Shown here one piece after another: positions 9,699 to 18,837 of a stretch of DNA of 32,000 nt. A program made the translations under genes and the position numbers. The notes beneath the pieces are model-generated. The model was not told the DNA's origin. It searched no databases and saw nothing but the letters and a program-made list of their open reading frames with translations. How positions within the stretch are numbered: position 1 is the first letter of the stretch; each line of letters starts with the position of its first letter. Origin of the DNA: Synechococcus sp. A15-28 (GTDB lineage Bacteria; Cyanobacteriota; Cyanobacteriia; PCC-6307; Cyanobiaceae); the NCBI RefSeq assembly GCF_014280175.1, contig NZ_CP047931.1:1530001-1562000 (forward strand). The letters run 5' to 3'.

Positions 9699-10067
9699 TC
9701 AGACCGGCTCCGTTGGGCAGGTGTCTTTCGCCAGGCCCGCACCCACTAAGCCGGCACTGAGATCCAGCTCATCGCCAATGGGCGTGACCCTGGCCAGCAA
9801 CTGGCCTTCGCTGCGTCCCACCGGGCGCAGATTGACTCGCCTCCGACGGGGGAGTTGCTCCTTCAACCAGTCGACGGCAGAGGACTCCGCATCAGGCTCG
9901 ACGTCGATGCAGGCCAGCTGGACCGTGTAATAGCGATTCCCGTCACCCACCTGCAGAAGAGATGCGGTACGCACCTGCAGCACCTCAGCTGCCGCTGCCG
10001 GTGAAGCAGCAAGCAGCCCAACCAACAGGCAACTCAGCAAACGCAGGATCACAGAGACGCTCCGCAC
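9699..10067 (-). CDS. secreted SNase-like (thermonuclease/OB-fold) protein with non-canonical active-site residues
   Basis: 122 aa with a signal peptide (LLSCLLVGLLAASPAAAAE). Layout parallels staphylococcal nuclease: VGDGN..VQLACIDVEPD..GQLLARV..LSAGLVGAGLAK. GTG start at 10067, or GTG at 10052 overlapping the ilvB stop (GTGA). Confidence 0.7.
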   Translation of the reverse strand: MRSVSVILRLLSCLLVGLLAASPAAAAEVLQVRTASLLQVGDGNRYYTVQLACIDVEPDAESSAVDWLKEQLPRRRRVNLRPVGRSEGQLLARVTPIGDELDLSAGLVGAGLAKDTCPTEPV

Positions 10068-11902
10068 TGGGGGCAGAAGCGATGTTCATGGGCGGTGGTG
10101 GCGCCACAGGAGCCACAGGTTCGCGTCGTGCCCATCGCCAGCTCGGGATGGGAGGGGAGTCCCACCATCTGGGCATTGCTCTTGCCTGGGGGAACCATCG
10201 GGTAACAGTTCTCTCCGCGCCTCACATGCACGTCGATCATCATCGGAGTCGGTGATTGCAACGCTGCTGCGAGATCGCGGTGCAGGGCCTCACGCTCGGT
10301 GATCTTGACGCCATCCACACCGAAGGAACGGGCCAGGGCAATGAAATCGGGCATGCCGTTCAGCATGTCGGAAGAGGAGTAGCGCTCCTCATAAAAGCTT
10401 TCCTGCCACTGACGCACCATGCCCTGCCAGTGGTTGTTCACGATCACCACCTTCACGGGCAACCCGTAGGCCGCCAGGGTTCCGAGCTCCTGGATGTTCA
10501 TTAGGATGCTAGCATCGCCGGCGATGCAAACCACCTGACGGTCCGGCATGGCCACCTGGGCCCCCATCGCGGCCGGCATCCCAAAACCCATGGTCCCCAG
10601 GCCGGCACTGCTGATCCAGCCCCTGGGACCGTTGCGCAGGTACTGGGCGGCCCACATTTGATGCTGACCGACATCTGTGGTGACGATCGCGTCGGGGGCC
10701 AGATCCCTCACCGCCAGAAGCACTTCCTGGGGGTAGATCGCCCCTTCCGTCGGAGGAATCGTGAGGGGATAACGCTCCTTCCAGGTGTTGATGCGCTCCA
10801 GCCAGGCCGCTGTGCGGGGTTCCGCCGTGCGCTGGAGACTGATCTCCACCATCCGCGCCAGGCTCAGCCCGAGATCGCCCAGGACGGCCACATCAGCCCG
10901 GCGGTTCTTGCCGATCTCCGCCGGATCGATCTCGAAGTGCACCACCCGGGCCCGGGGCGCGAAGGTGTCCAGTTTTCCGGTGACACGGTCATCAAACCGG
11001 GCCCCCACAGCGATCAACAGGTCGCACTCGGTGACGGCGAAGTTGGCGTAGGCGGTGCCGTGCATGCCCAGCATGCCCACAGAAAGTGAATCGTTCTCAT
11101 CAAAAGCACCTTTGCCCATCAGGGTGGTCGTGACCGGCAGCTGATAGCGCTCGGCCAACAAGCGGAGACTGTCGTGGGCGCCGGCTGAGATCGCGCCACC
11201 ACCGACGTACAGCAGCGGACGTTGGGCCTGCTCGATCAGATCGAGCGCCGCCGCCACGGCCGTATCCAGCGGGGGCTCAGGCCGATGGAAACCGCCTGGG
11301 ATAACGGAACCGGGCTCCACCGGCACGTAATTGAAGTGTTCCTGCCCCACATCCTTGGGAATGTCGATCAGCACCGGACCGGGGCGTCCGCTGGCGGCGA
11401 TCAGGAACGCCTGAGCCACGATCGACCCGAGGTCAGCCGGGTCACGCACCACCCAGGAGTGCTTCACGATCGGCAGGGTGATGCCGAAAATATCGGTTTC
11501 CTGAAAGGCGTCGGTCCCGATGGCCGGGCGGGGGACCTGCCCGGTGATCACCACCATCGGCACGGAATCCATCTGGGCCGTGGCGATGCCCGTCACCAGG
11601 TTGGTGGCCCCTGGACCAGAGGTTCCGAAACAGACACCCACCTTGCCGGTGGCCCGTGCGTAGGCATCAGCGGCATGGGTTCCCGCCTGCTCGTGGCGCA
11701 CCAGGATGTGCTTCACCCAGCCTTCGCTCTCAGCGATGTGCAGGGCGTCATATATCGGCAGGATCGCCCCGCCCGGGTAACCGAAGATCGTGTCCACCCC
11801 ATGTCGCCGCAACGCATCCATCAGGGCTTCCGCGCCGCTGATGGTCTGAGGCGTATCGGAATCCAGTCCACCGACAACCGTTGATGCGGAAGTAAGGGTC
11901 AC
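10049..11902 (-). CDS. ilvB: acetolactate synthase (AHAS) large/catalytic subunit with C-terminal zinc-ribbon-like tail
   Basis: 617 aa. ThDP-enzyme blocks IFGYPGGAILPIYDAL, GTSGPGATNLVTGIATA, GLGTMGFGMPAAMGAQVA, IAGDASILMNIQEL. GTG start at 11902. Confidence 0.93.
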   Translation of the reverse strand: MTLTSASTVVGGLDSDTPQTISGAEALMDALRRHGVDTIFGYPGGAILPIYDALHIAESEGWVKHILVRHEQAGTHAADAYARATGKVGVCFGTSGPGATNLVTGIATAQMDSVPMVVITGQVPRPAIGTDAFQETDIFGITLPIVKHSWVVRDPADLGSIVAQAFLIAASGRPGPVLIDIPKDVGQEHFNYVPVEPGSVIPGGFHRPEPPLDTAVAAALDLIEQAQRPLLYVGGGAISAGAHDSLRLLAERYQLPVTTTLMGKGAFDENDSLSVGMLGMHGTAYANFAVTECDLLIAVGARFDDRVTGKLDTFAPRARVVHFEIDPAEIGKNRRADVAVLGDLGLSLARMVEISLQRTAEPRTAAWLERINTWKERYPLTIPPTEGAIYPQEVLLAVRDLAPDAIVTTDVGQHQMWAAQYLRNGPRGWISSAGLGTMGFGMPAAMGAQVAMPDRQVVCIAGDASILMNIQELGTLAAYGLPVKVVIVNNHWQGMVRQWQESFYEERYSSSDMLNGMPDFIALARSFGVDGVKITEREALHRDLAAALQSPTPMMIDVHVRRGENCYPMVPPGKSNAQMVGLPSHPELAMGTTRTCGSCGATTAHEHRFCPQCGASL

Positions 11903-11930
11903 GGCAACTGGTCAGGAATGACCCTCAAGG

Positions 11931-12467
11931 TTAAGGGCCTGCAGCTCCTCTGGCTCGGTGGCTTCGGATCATGGCCCTGAGAATCAGCGCCGGATCGAGC
12001 CATTTCCCCTCGTATTGAATTCCCCAGTGCAGGTGCGGGCCGCTGGTGCGCCCGGTCATACCCACCTGCCATATCACCTGCCCCGCCTGAACAGCCTGGC
12101 CTGAGCGCATCCGCTGCTGCTGCAGATGGCAGTAGATGTGCTCGTAACCACCGGAGGCCACCACAACGCCGATGCCGCATGACGCGTCATGGATGGTGTC
12201 CACGACCCGGCCGGACCACCAACTGAGCACAGGGGACCCCAACGGTGCTGCGATATCAAGACCGGTATGGGGTCTCAATTGACCATCCCCGCCGCGGCGA
12301 AGACCGAAATGACTGGTGTACCCGTCGAACACAGCAATGGGAAACACCCCGGCGCTCCAGCGGACATCCGCCTGAGCCGGCAAAACGCTTGAAACGAGCC
12401 CAAAGGTGACGAGAGCCCCGAGCAGCGACTCAGAGCAGGCCGAGAGCATGCAGCGGGCCATGGCCAC
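11931..12467 (-). CDS. M23 family metallopeptidase
   Basis: 178 aa with an N-terminal hydrophobic signal/anchor. [14 protein letters not shown] (HxxxD) and GPHLHWGI (HxH) motifs are present. Confidence 0.85.
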   Translation of the reverse strand: MAMARCMLSACSESLLGALVTFGLVSSVLPAQADVRWSAGVFPIAVFDGYTSHFGLRRGGDGQLRPHTGLDIAAPLGSPVLSWWSGRVVDTIHDASCGIGVVVASGGYEHIYCHLQQQRMRSGQAVQAGQVIWQVGMTGRTSGPHLHWGIQYEGKWLDPALILRAMIRSHRARGAAGP

Positions 12468-13605
12468 TGATCAGCTCCAACAGGAAAGCGGAAAAACCGA
12501 GCATGGCCAGGCGTCCGTTCCAGACCTCGGAACTGTTGTTCCAACCCCATTCCCATTTCTCCTGGGGATACAGCTTCACCTTGGTGGGCAGTTCCGCAGC
12601 TGCATCGAGGCTCACCTCAGGCCCCTCCAGACTGCTGGTCACCAGATCCGCCAGACCCTCAATGAAGGGGGGATAGGTATCGAGGGCTCGCACCCGGCGG
12701 AAATTGACCACCCCGGCTTCGGTCGCCAGCTCCCGGTATTCGATGTCGATTTCCTCAAGCGTCTCGATGTGCTCGCTGACGAAGCTGATCGGCACCACCA
12801 CCAGATCGTTCGTCTTGGCCTCTCCCAGCTGCTCGAGCGCCTCCTCGGTGTAGGGCTTCAGCCACTCCACCGGACCCACTCGGCTCTGGTAAGCCAGGGT
12901 GTGGGGGTTGGCGTGGCCCATGTGCTCCGCCAGAGATTTCATGATCAGGTCCGTGCAGGCCTCGATCTGCTGCTGATAGGGGTCTCCGGCTTCCTCCACA
13001 TAACTCTTGGGGACGCCGTGGGCACTGAAAAAGACATGGGCCTTTTCCGGGTCATCGCTGTTGCGCACTTCTTCCGCAATCAGCTCAGCCATCGCCTTGA
13101 TGTAGCCGGAGTGATCGAACCAGCTTCGGATGCAGCGAATCGGCAGCTGCTCGAAGGCAGCGTCTCCCTGACGCAGCCGCTGCAGTTCCCGGAAGCTGGA
13201 TCCGCTGGTGCTGATGGAGAAGTGGGGATAAAGAGGCAGCACCACCACCTCATCCATGCCATCCGCCTTCATGTCCGCCACGGCGGATTCCGTGAAGGGA
13301 TGCCAGTACCGCATCGCGACGTAGGTGGTGGCGTCGAGTCCCCGCTGACGCAGCAAACTCTGCAGTTCCCGTGCCTGCTGCTCGGTGATCCTGCGCAGCG
13401 GTGAACCTCCACCGATCGAGCGGTAGGCCTCCTGGGATTTGCCGCTGCGCAGCGTGCTGATCAACCAGGCCAGAGGTTTCTGCAGCGCTGGGCTGGGCAA
13501 CCGGATGATCTCCGGATCAGCAAACAGGTTGTAGAGAAATGGGCCGACATCCTGAATGCGTTCGGGTCCCCCCAGATTCAGCAGGACGACGCCGACGCGG
13601 GACAT
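12430..13605 (-). CDS. hemH: ferrochelatase with C-terminal CAB/LHC-like helix
   Basis: ORF 12430-14265 trimmed to ATG 13605 ([37 protein letters not shown]), giving 391 aa. C-terminal [22 protein letters not shown] motif. Confidence 0.93.
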   Translation of the reverse strand: MSRVGVVLLNLGGPERIQDVGPFLYNLFADPEIIRLPSPALQKPLAWLISTLRSGKSQEAYRSIGGGSPLRRITEQQARELQSLLRQRGLDATTYVAMRYWHPFTESAVADMKADGMDEVVVLPLYPHFSISTSGSSFRELQRLRQGDAAFEQLPIRCIRSWFDHSGYIKAMAELIAEEVRNSDDPEKAHVFFSAHGVPKSYVEEAGDPYQQQIEACTDLIMKSLAEHMGHANPHTLAYQSRVGPVEWLKPYTEEALEQLGEAKTNDLVVVPISFVSEHIETLEEIDIEYRELATEAGVVNFRRVRALDTYPPFIEGLADLVTSSLEGPEVSLDAAAELPTKVKLYPQEKWEWGWNNSSEVWNGRLAMLGFSAFLLELISGHGPLHALGLL

Positions 13606-13628
13606 GCCAACAATCATGAAATCAGGGG

Positions 13629-13650
13629 GTTGAGCGTAACCCGCGTCAAC
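13629..13650. repeat. imperfect 22-nt inverted repeat in the divergent hemH / recombinase spacer
   Basis: gttgagcgtaacccgcgtcaac: outer arms GTTGA/TCAAC (5 bp), and inner GCG/CGC (3 bp) after a 1-nt bulge. Confidence 0.35.
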
Positions 13651-13653
13651 GTC

Positions 13654-14820
13654 ATGGTGGGCGCCGAAGCCACAGTCATGGACCTTCGCAACAGCCTGAA
13701 CCTCCTCAACACACAGCTGGCGGTCCAGGGGACGCGCTTGCGCATTGAGCAACGGGGCCAGACCCTCAACCTCAGAGGCCCCCTGCCGCTGCGGGATGCC
13801 CCGTCCACATTCAAGGTGCAGCGGATCAGTCTCGGGCTTCAGGCCGATGCCGCTGGCCTGCAGGAGGCCAAGGAGACCCTGGACCAGGTTCAGCGTCAGC
13901 TGGATCGCGACCGATTCAACTGGGAGGACTGGCAGATCCCCCAGCGCCGACCCACCGGACCTGGAGCCGACGCAGCGATCCGCACGTTTGAGGAAGCCTT
14001 TTTCAAGGACCCACGCCGCCGCCGCGCCGCCGCCGGTAGCCGCACCACCTGGAGTGGGGCCTATCTGCCCTATCTCAGACGGCTGAGCCGCTTCAGCGGC
14101 GAGGCCCCCCTCAACGCTGCCTTGCTGCTTCAAACCTTGCGCAGTTACGAGGAGGGAAGTCGCAGTCGCCAGCAATGTTCGACGGCCCTGACGGCCCTGG
14201 CTCGCCACGTCGGTGTTGCCTTGCCGGAGGACTGGCGGGAGGAAGCCGGCGGCTACGGCCTGCATCGAGCCCGCTTCCGGCAGCTGCCCACGGATGCACA
14301 GATCCTCGAAGCAGTGCTGAAGATCCCGAACCCTCGCTGGCGACTGGCCTACGGCTTGATGGCCACCTATGGATTACGGAATCACGAGATTTTCTACTGC
14401 GATCTCAGTGCTTTGGCCGATCAGGGTGACCGGGTGATCCGGGTGCTGCCCACCACCAAAACAGGAGAACACCAGGTGTGGCCGTTTCAGCCGGAGTGGG
14501 TGGACCGCTTCAGCCTCTCCACCCTCGGGGGCAGTCAGGGTGCGCTGCCCCGGATCCAGACCGATCTACGCCGCACCACGCTGCAGCAGGTCGGACGACG
14601 GGTGAGCGAACAGTTCCGCCGCTACGACTTGCCCATAACGCCCTATGACCTGCGCCATGCCTGGGCTGTGCGCACCATCCACATCGGACTTCCCGATACG
14701 GTGGCCGCCAGGATGATGGGGCATTCCGTGGCCATCCACACGCGGACGTATCACCACTGGATCACGCGTCGTGATCAACAGCAGGCGGTGGACGCGGCGT
14801 TGGCGCGTCAGCAGGCCTGA
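13654..14820 (+). CDS. tyrosine recombinase / site-specific integrase family protein
   Basis: The catalytic set is recognisable: R in [10 protein letters not shown] in TTKTGEH, HxxR in LRHAWAVR, H in MGHSVAIH, Y in RTYHHW. Start uncertain: TTG 13630, ATG 13654 or ATG 13678. Confidence 0.85.
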   Translation: MVGAEATVMDLRNSLNLLNTQLAVQGTRLRIEQRGQTLNLRGPLPLRDAPSTFKVQRISLGLQADAAGLQEAKETLDQVQRQLDRDRFNWEDWQIPQRRPTGPGADAAIRTFEEAFFKDPRRRRAAAGSRTTWSGAYLPYLRRLSRFSGEAPLNAALLLQTLRSYEEGSRSRQQCSTALTALARHVGVALPEDWREEAGGYGLHRARFRQLPTDAQILEAVLKIPNPRWRLAYGLMATYGLRNHEIFYCDLSALADQGDRVIRVLPTTKTGEHQVWPFQPEWVDRFSLSTLGGSQGALPRIQTDLRRTTLQQVGRRVSEQFRRYDLPITPYDLRHAWAVRTIHIGLPDTVAARMMGHSVAIHTRTYHHWITRRDQQQAVDAALARQQA

Positions 14821-15467
14821 TGAGTTCCTTTCTACGGCCACTGGCCTATCGCCATCGCTGGATCTACGACCTGGTGACCGCCGTCTCGTCGTTGAGTGTG
14901 GGCGGCGTGGACCGACTGCGGGGGCTTGGGTTGGAAGCCTTACGCCCCCATTTAAAACCCGAAGCGACCGTGCTGGACCTCTGCTGCGGCAGCGGCGAGG
15001 CAGCTGCCCCCTGGCTTGAGGCCGGCTTCCGTGTGACGGGCCTTGACATCTCGCCCCGTGCCCTGGCCCTTGCAGCTCAGCGGTATCCAGCGATGGAGCG
15101 GGTGGAGGGGTTGGCAGAGGACCCACCTTTGAAAGAGGCCAGCTTCGCGGCCATCCAAATGAGCGTGGCGCTGCATGAATTCCCCCGAACGGACCGGGAA
15201 GCGGTGCTGACGAGCTGTCTGCGATTGCTGCAGCCCGGTGGCTCGTTGGTGCTTGTGGACCTGCACCCGGCTGGACCCTGGCTTCGTCTGCCGCAACGGC
15301 TGTTCTGCGCCCTGTTTGAAACGGACACGGCCACGGCCATGCTGGAGGACGACCTCCCCTCCCAGCTTGAGCGGATTGGATTCACTGCGGTGAATCAAGA
15401 CCTGCTGGCGGGCCAGGCTCTGCAGCGAATCACCGCAACCCGTCCCCGAACCAGCGCGACCCCATGA
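14820..15467 (+). CDS. class I SAM-dependent methyltransferase
   Basis: 215 aa. Motif I VLDLCCGSGE, then GLDISPRAL, then post-II LLQPGGSLVLVD. Its ATG overlaps the recombinase stop (TGATG). Confidence 0.85.
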   Translation: MSSFLRPLAYRHRWIYDLVTAVSSLSVGGVDRLRGLGLEALRPHLKPEATVLDLCCGSGEAAAPWLEAGFRVTGLDISPRALALAAQRYPAMERVEGLAEDPPLKEASFAAIQMSVALHEFPRTDREAVLTSCLRLLQPGGSLVLVDLHPAGPWLRLPQRLFCALFETDTATAMLEDDLPSQLERIGFTAVNQDLLAGQALQRITATRPRTSATP

Positions 15468-16129
15468 GCACAAGCGATCTCGATCAGTCCGCCGCCGAAC
15501 TGGGCATGGGAGGCAAGCTCGCCCCCGAACCGGACGATGCCGGTTATCGCAAGCGGATGGAGCGGCGCCAGCAAGTGCAGAAGCAACGGGTGGAGGAACG
15601 CAACAAGGAAAAAGGTCTGGTCCTTGTGTTCACCGGCCAGGGCAAGGGCAAGACCACTGCTGGGCTGGGCCTGGTGCTTCGCACCCTTGGCCATGGCGAG
15701 CGGGTCGCGATTGTGCAGTTCATCAAGGGGGGGTGGGAACCCGGAGAAGCACGCGCCCTCAAAGCCTTCAGGGATCAGGTGAGCTGGCATGCCCTTGGAG
15801 AGGGATTCACCTGGGAGACCCAGGACCGGGAACGGGACCAGCAACTGGTGGAAGCCGCCTGGCAGACCGCCCTCGGTTATCTGGGCGATGCTGCCGTGAG
15901 ACTGGTGCTGCTCGATGAACTGAATGTGGCGCTGAAGCTCGGTTACATCAGCACCGAAACGGTGATTGCCGGACTCGATGAACGCCCGGAGCTCACCCAT
16001 GTCGCTGTGACAGGTCGAGGGGCACCCCCGGCCCTCGTGGAGCGAGCTGATCTCGTCACCGAGATGACCCTCGTGCACCACCCATTCCGCGAACAGGGCG
16101 TCAAGGCCCAGGCTGGAATCGAATACTGA
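15464..16129 (+). CDS. cobO: cob(I)yrinic acid a,c-diamide adenosyltransferase
   Basis: 221 aa. P-loop FTGQGKGKTTAGLG followed by VAIVQFIKGGW, with a C-terminal HPF block. ATGA overlap with the methyltransferase stop. Confidence 0.9.
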   Translation: MSTSDLDQSAAELGMGGKLAPEPDDAGYRKRMERRQQVQKQRVEERNKEKGLVLVFTGQGKGKTTAGLGLVLRTLGHGERVAIVQFIKGGWEPGEARALKAFRDQVSWHALGEGFTWETQDRERDQQLVEAAWQTALGYLGDAAVRLVLLDELNVALKLGYISTETVIAGLDERPELTHVAVTGRGAPPALVERADLVTEMTLVHHPFREQGVKAQAGIEY

Positions 16130-16132
16130 CGA

Positions 16133-16321
16133 TCAGGCCGCCGACTCCAGATCCTCGTTGAGGCGCTTGGTGGCTTCCGTCAACACCGAGAGACCACTCA
16201 CCAGAAGAGCCCGATGGACCACAGGATCCCTCCAGCAGGCTGGATCACGGCTGGCCCGTTCCAAAGCCGACAGGGTCAGCCTTGCCATCACACCGCTGTG
16301 GCTGCTGTCGGTCTCGGGCAT
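16133..16321 (-). CDS. hypothetical small protein
   Basis: ORF 16133-16387 trimmed to ATG 16321 (MPETDSSHSGVMARLTLSALERA...). GC3-rich codons, unlike the Arg-rich plus-strand shadow ORFs here. I recognise no family. Confidence 0.4.
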   Translation of the reverse strand: MPETDSSHSGVMARLTLSALERASRDPACWRDPVVHRALLVSGLSVLTEATKRLNEDLESAA

Positions 16322-16404
16322 CCGATCGGAACGGTTCACCCATCCAAACGAAACGCAGGTGATCTGACCAGTGCTTGCTACTGTCATTTGGATCTGGGAA
16401 CCGG

Positions 16405-17118
16405 ATGACCTATTCCCGTGTGCTGCTGAAGCTCAGCGGCGAAGCCCTGATGGGAACGCAGGGGTACGGAATCGACCCCGCCATCGTGAATTCCATCGCT
16501 TCCGACGTCGCCAAGGTGGTGGCCGATGGCACCCAGCTGGCCATCGTGGTCGGTGGCGGCAACATCTTCCGAGGTCTCAAGGGATCTGCCGCCGGAATGG
16601 AGCGGGCCACGGCGGACTACGTGGGCATGTTGGCCACGGTGATGAATGCCATCACCCTTCAAGACGGATTGGAGCGTGCCGGGGTCCCCACCCGGGTGCA
16701 GACGGCTATCGCCATGCAGGAAGTGGCTGAGCCTTACATCCGCCGCAAGGCGATGCGGCACCTGGAAAAAGGGCGGGTGGTGGTGTTCGGGGCAGGGTGT
16801 GGCAACCCCTTCTTCACCACCGACACCACCGCCGCCCTCCGTGCTGCGGAAATCAACGCTGATGTGGTGTTCAAAGCCACCAAGGTGGACGGCGTCTACG
16901 ACAAAGATCCGGCCAAGCATGCCGATGCCGTGAAGCACGCCCATCTCACCTATCAGGATGTGCTGAGCGGCGAACTGGCTGTGATGGACAGCACCGCCAT
17001 CGCGTTGTGCAAAGACAACAACATTCCGATCGTGGTCTTCAATCTGTTTGAACCTGGCAACATCGGCAGAGCCGTATCAGGAGAGCCGATCGGATCCCGC
17101 ATCGGCAATCCCGCCTGA
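16405..17118 (+). CDS. pyrH: UMP kinase
   Basis: ORF trimmed to ATG 16405 ([15 protein letters not shown]...). Blocks [23 protein letters not shown] and [20 protein letters not shown] are present. Confidence 0.93.
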   Translation: MTYSRVLLKLSGEALMGTQGYGIDPAIVNSIASDVAKVVADGTQLAIVVGGGNIFRGLKGSAAGMERATADYVGMLATVMNAITLQDGLERAGVPTRVQTAIAMQEVAEPYIRRKAMRHLEKGRVVVFGAGCGNPFFTTDTTAALRAAEINADVVFKATKVDGVYDKDPAKHADAVKHAHLTYQDVLSGELAVMDSTAIALCKDNNIPIVVFNLFEPGNIGRAVSGEPIGSRIGNPA

Positions 17119-17146
17119 CCACGCACGACTCCTTCCAGAGAACCCA

Positions 17147-17695
17147 ATGTCGATCAAGGACCTCGAAGCCAGCATGCGCAAGTCGGTGGAGGCCACCCAG
17201 CGCAACTTCAACACCATCCGCACCGGACGGGCCAACTCCTCCCTGCTCGATCGCATCAGCGTGGAGTACTACGGCGCGGAGACACCGCTGAAGTCCCTGG
17301 CCACCCTGTCGACGCCAGATTCACAGACCATCCAGATTCAGCCCTTTGACATCAGTGCTTTGGCATCGATCGAAAAGGCCATTGCCATGAGTGAACTGGG
17401 CTTCACCCCCAACAACGACGGCAAAATCATCCGGATCAACGTGCCGCCCCTCACCGAGGAACGCCGCAAGGAGTTCTGCAAGCTGGCCTCGAAATACGCT
17501 GAAGAGGGAAAAGTGGCCCTGCGCAACCTGCGTCGTGATGCCATCGACAAGATCAAGAAGCAGGAAAAAGACGGTGACTTGTCCGAAGATCAAAGTCGGG
17601 ATGAACAGGACGGGGTGCAGAAGACTCTCGACAAATTCATCGCCGAGCTCGAGAAGAATCTCGCCGACAAGGAAGCCGACATCCTCAAGGTGTGA
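17147..17695 (+). CDS. frr: ribosome recycling factor
   Basis: ORF trimmed to ATG 17147 ([30 protein letters not shown]...), giving 182 aa. PLTEERRKE block present. Confidence 0.93.
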   Translation: MSIKDLEASMRKSVEATQRNFNTIRTGRANSSLLDRISVEYYGAETPLKSLATLSTPDSQTIQIQPFDISALASIEKAIAMSELGFTPNNDGKIIRINVPPLTEERRKEFCKLASKYAEEGKVALRNLRRDAIDKIKKQEKDGDLSEDQSRDEQDGVQKTLDKFIAELEKNLADKEADILKV

Positions 17696-18837
17696 GCATC
17701 GGTTCTGATCGGATCCACGACGCGCTGATTGTCGGATCCGGGGCTGCTGGTGGTGCAGCAGCTTTCCACTTGGCGGCTGCTGGACACGACGTGGTCGTGC
17801 TGGAACGCGACACGGAGCTGCGCATCAAGCCCTGCGGCGGTGGCATGGCCGCCTCCGTTCAGCAGTGGTTCCCTTTTTCGCTCGAGCCGGCGGTGGAGCA
17901 GGTGATCCGCCAGGTGGACTTCAGCTGGTGTTTGAACGACCCGGTGATCGCTGAGCTGCCGGGAGCGGCTCCGTTCTGGATTGTGCGGCGTGAGCTGCTG
18001 GATCAGTTGCTCAGTGAGCAGGCGATTCAGGCCGGTGTAGAGCGGATCAATGGGGTCGACGTGGATGATGTCACCCGCCAAGGTGACGTCTGGACGGTGA
18101 CGTCGACGGATCAGCGTCAATGGCGCGGCCGGAGCGTCGTGATCGCTGACGGCTCCCAGTCGCCATGGCCCCAACGGCTGGGCCTTGGAGCGAAGCAGCC
18201 TCAGACGGCCACCACCATGTCGGTGCGACTCAAGGGTCAAGGCAAACTCAGCGATGGCACCGCCCGCTTTGAATTCGGTCTTGTGAAACTGGGCTTCGCC
18301 TGGGCCTTCCCTCTGGCCGGCGGGGTCAACATCGGCGTGGGCAGCTTCATCGGCAAACAGGACGCCGACCCGGAACAGGTGTTGGCAGAACTGCTGCCGG
18401 ATCTGGGCTTCGCTGCCGATGCCGGCATCCGTCAGCGCGGCCAACTGCGGGTGTGGAATGGCCATCACCGGCTGGATGTCAACGGCATCGTGGTGGTGGG
18501 CGATGCGGCATCCCTGTGTGATCCGTTTCTGGCGGAAGGGTTGCGCCCGGCTCTGATGAGTGGCTGTGAAGCCGCTCTGCATCTCGACCGCTGGCTCAAG
18601 GGTGAGAGCCGTGATCTGCGCGGTTACACCCAAAGCATGCGCGAGCGCTGGGGCGAATCCATGGCCTGGGGCCGGCGCATCGCCCAGGTGTTTTATCGGT
18701 TCCCTGGGGTGGGGTATCAACTCGGGATCAAGCGACCAACGGCACCGCGCAGGATTGCCCAGATCCTCTCCGGCGAGATGGGATACGGCGACATTGCCCA
18801 ACGGGTGATTCGCCGGTTGTTGCTTCAACGCAACTAA
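17692..18837 (+). CDS. geranylgeranyl reductase family FAD-dependent oxidoreductase
   Basis: 381 aa. [30 protein letters not shown] dinucleotide fold and a KPCGGGM motif. GTG start overlaps the frr stop (GTGA). Confidence 0.8.
   Translation: MSIGSDRIHDALIVGSGAAGGAAAFHLAAAGHDVVVLERDTELRIKPCGGGMAASVQQWFPFSLEPAVEQVIRQVDFSWCLNDPVIAELPGAAPFWIVRRELLDQLLSEQAIQAGVERINGVDVDDVTRQGDVWTVTSTDQRQWRGRSVVIADGSQSPWPQRLGLGAKQPQTATTMSVRLKGQGKLSDGTARFEFGLVKLGFAWAFPLAGGVNIGVGSFIGKQDADPEQVLAELLPDLGFAADAGIRQRGQLRVWNGHHRLDVNGIVVVGDAASLCDPFLAEGLRPALMSGCEAALHLDRWLKGESRDLRGYTQSMRERWGESMAWGRRIAQVFYRFPGVGYQLGIKRPTAPRRIAQILSGEMGYGDIAQRVIRRLLLQRN

Noticed and set aside
12406-13404. 332-aa plus-strand ORF; also 24293-25186, 22071-22859 and 7399-8172
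   Set aside because: All are antisense to genes with clear family motifs (hemH, CPBP protease, ftsI, FAD dehydrogenase). They are shadow ORFs.
14014-14036. GCC/CGC-rich low-complexity run (cgccgccgccgcgccgccgccgg)
   Set aside because: It lies inside the recombinase ORF and simply encodes RRRRAAAG. It is not a tandem-repeat locus or a CRISPR-like element.
13606-14265. 5' extension making hemH a 611-aa ORF
   Set aside because: The ferrochelatase homology begins exactly at [13 protein letters not shown] (ATG 13605). The upstream 220 codons are Gly/Ala/Arg-rich and lie antisense to the well-supported recombinase gene.
13654-14820. Recombinase as marker of a prophage or integrated genomic island
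   Set aside because: There is no adjacent tRNA or tmRNA gene. I could see no flanking direct repeats, phage or cargo genes, or compositional shift. The gene is translationally coupled to housekeeping genes. I treat it as a domesticated recombinase instead (see findings).
17590-18828. 412-aa minus-strand ORF
   Set aside because: It is fully antisense to the geranylgeranyl-reductase-family gene, which has a clear FAD-binding fold. The product is rich in His, Arg and Ala with no motif. This is the typical long shadow ORF of a high-GC genome.
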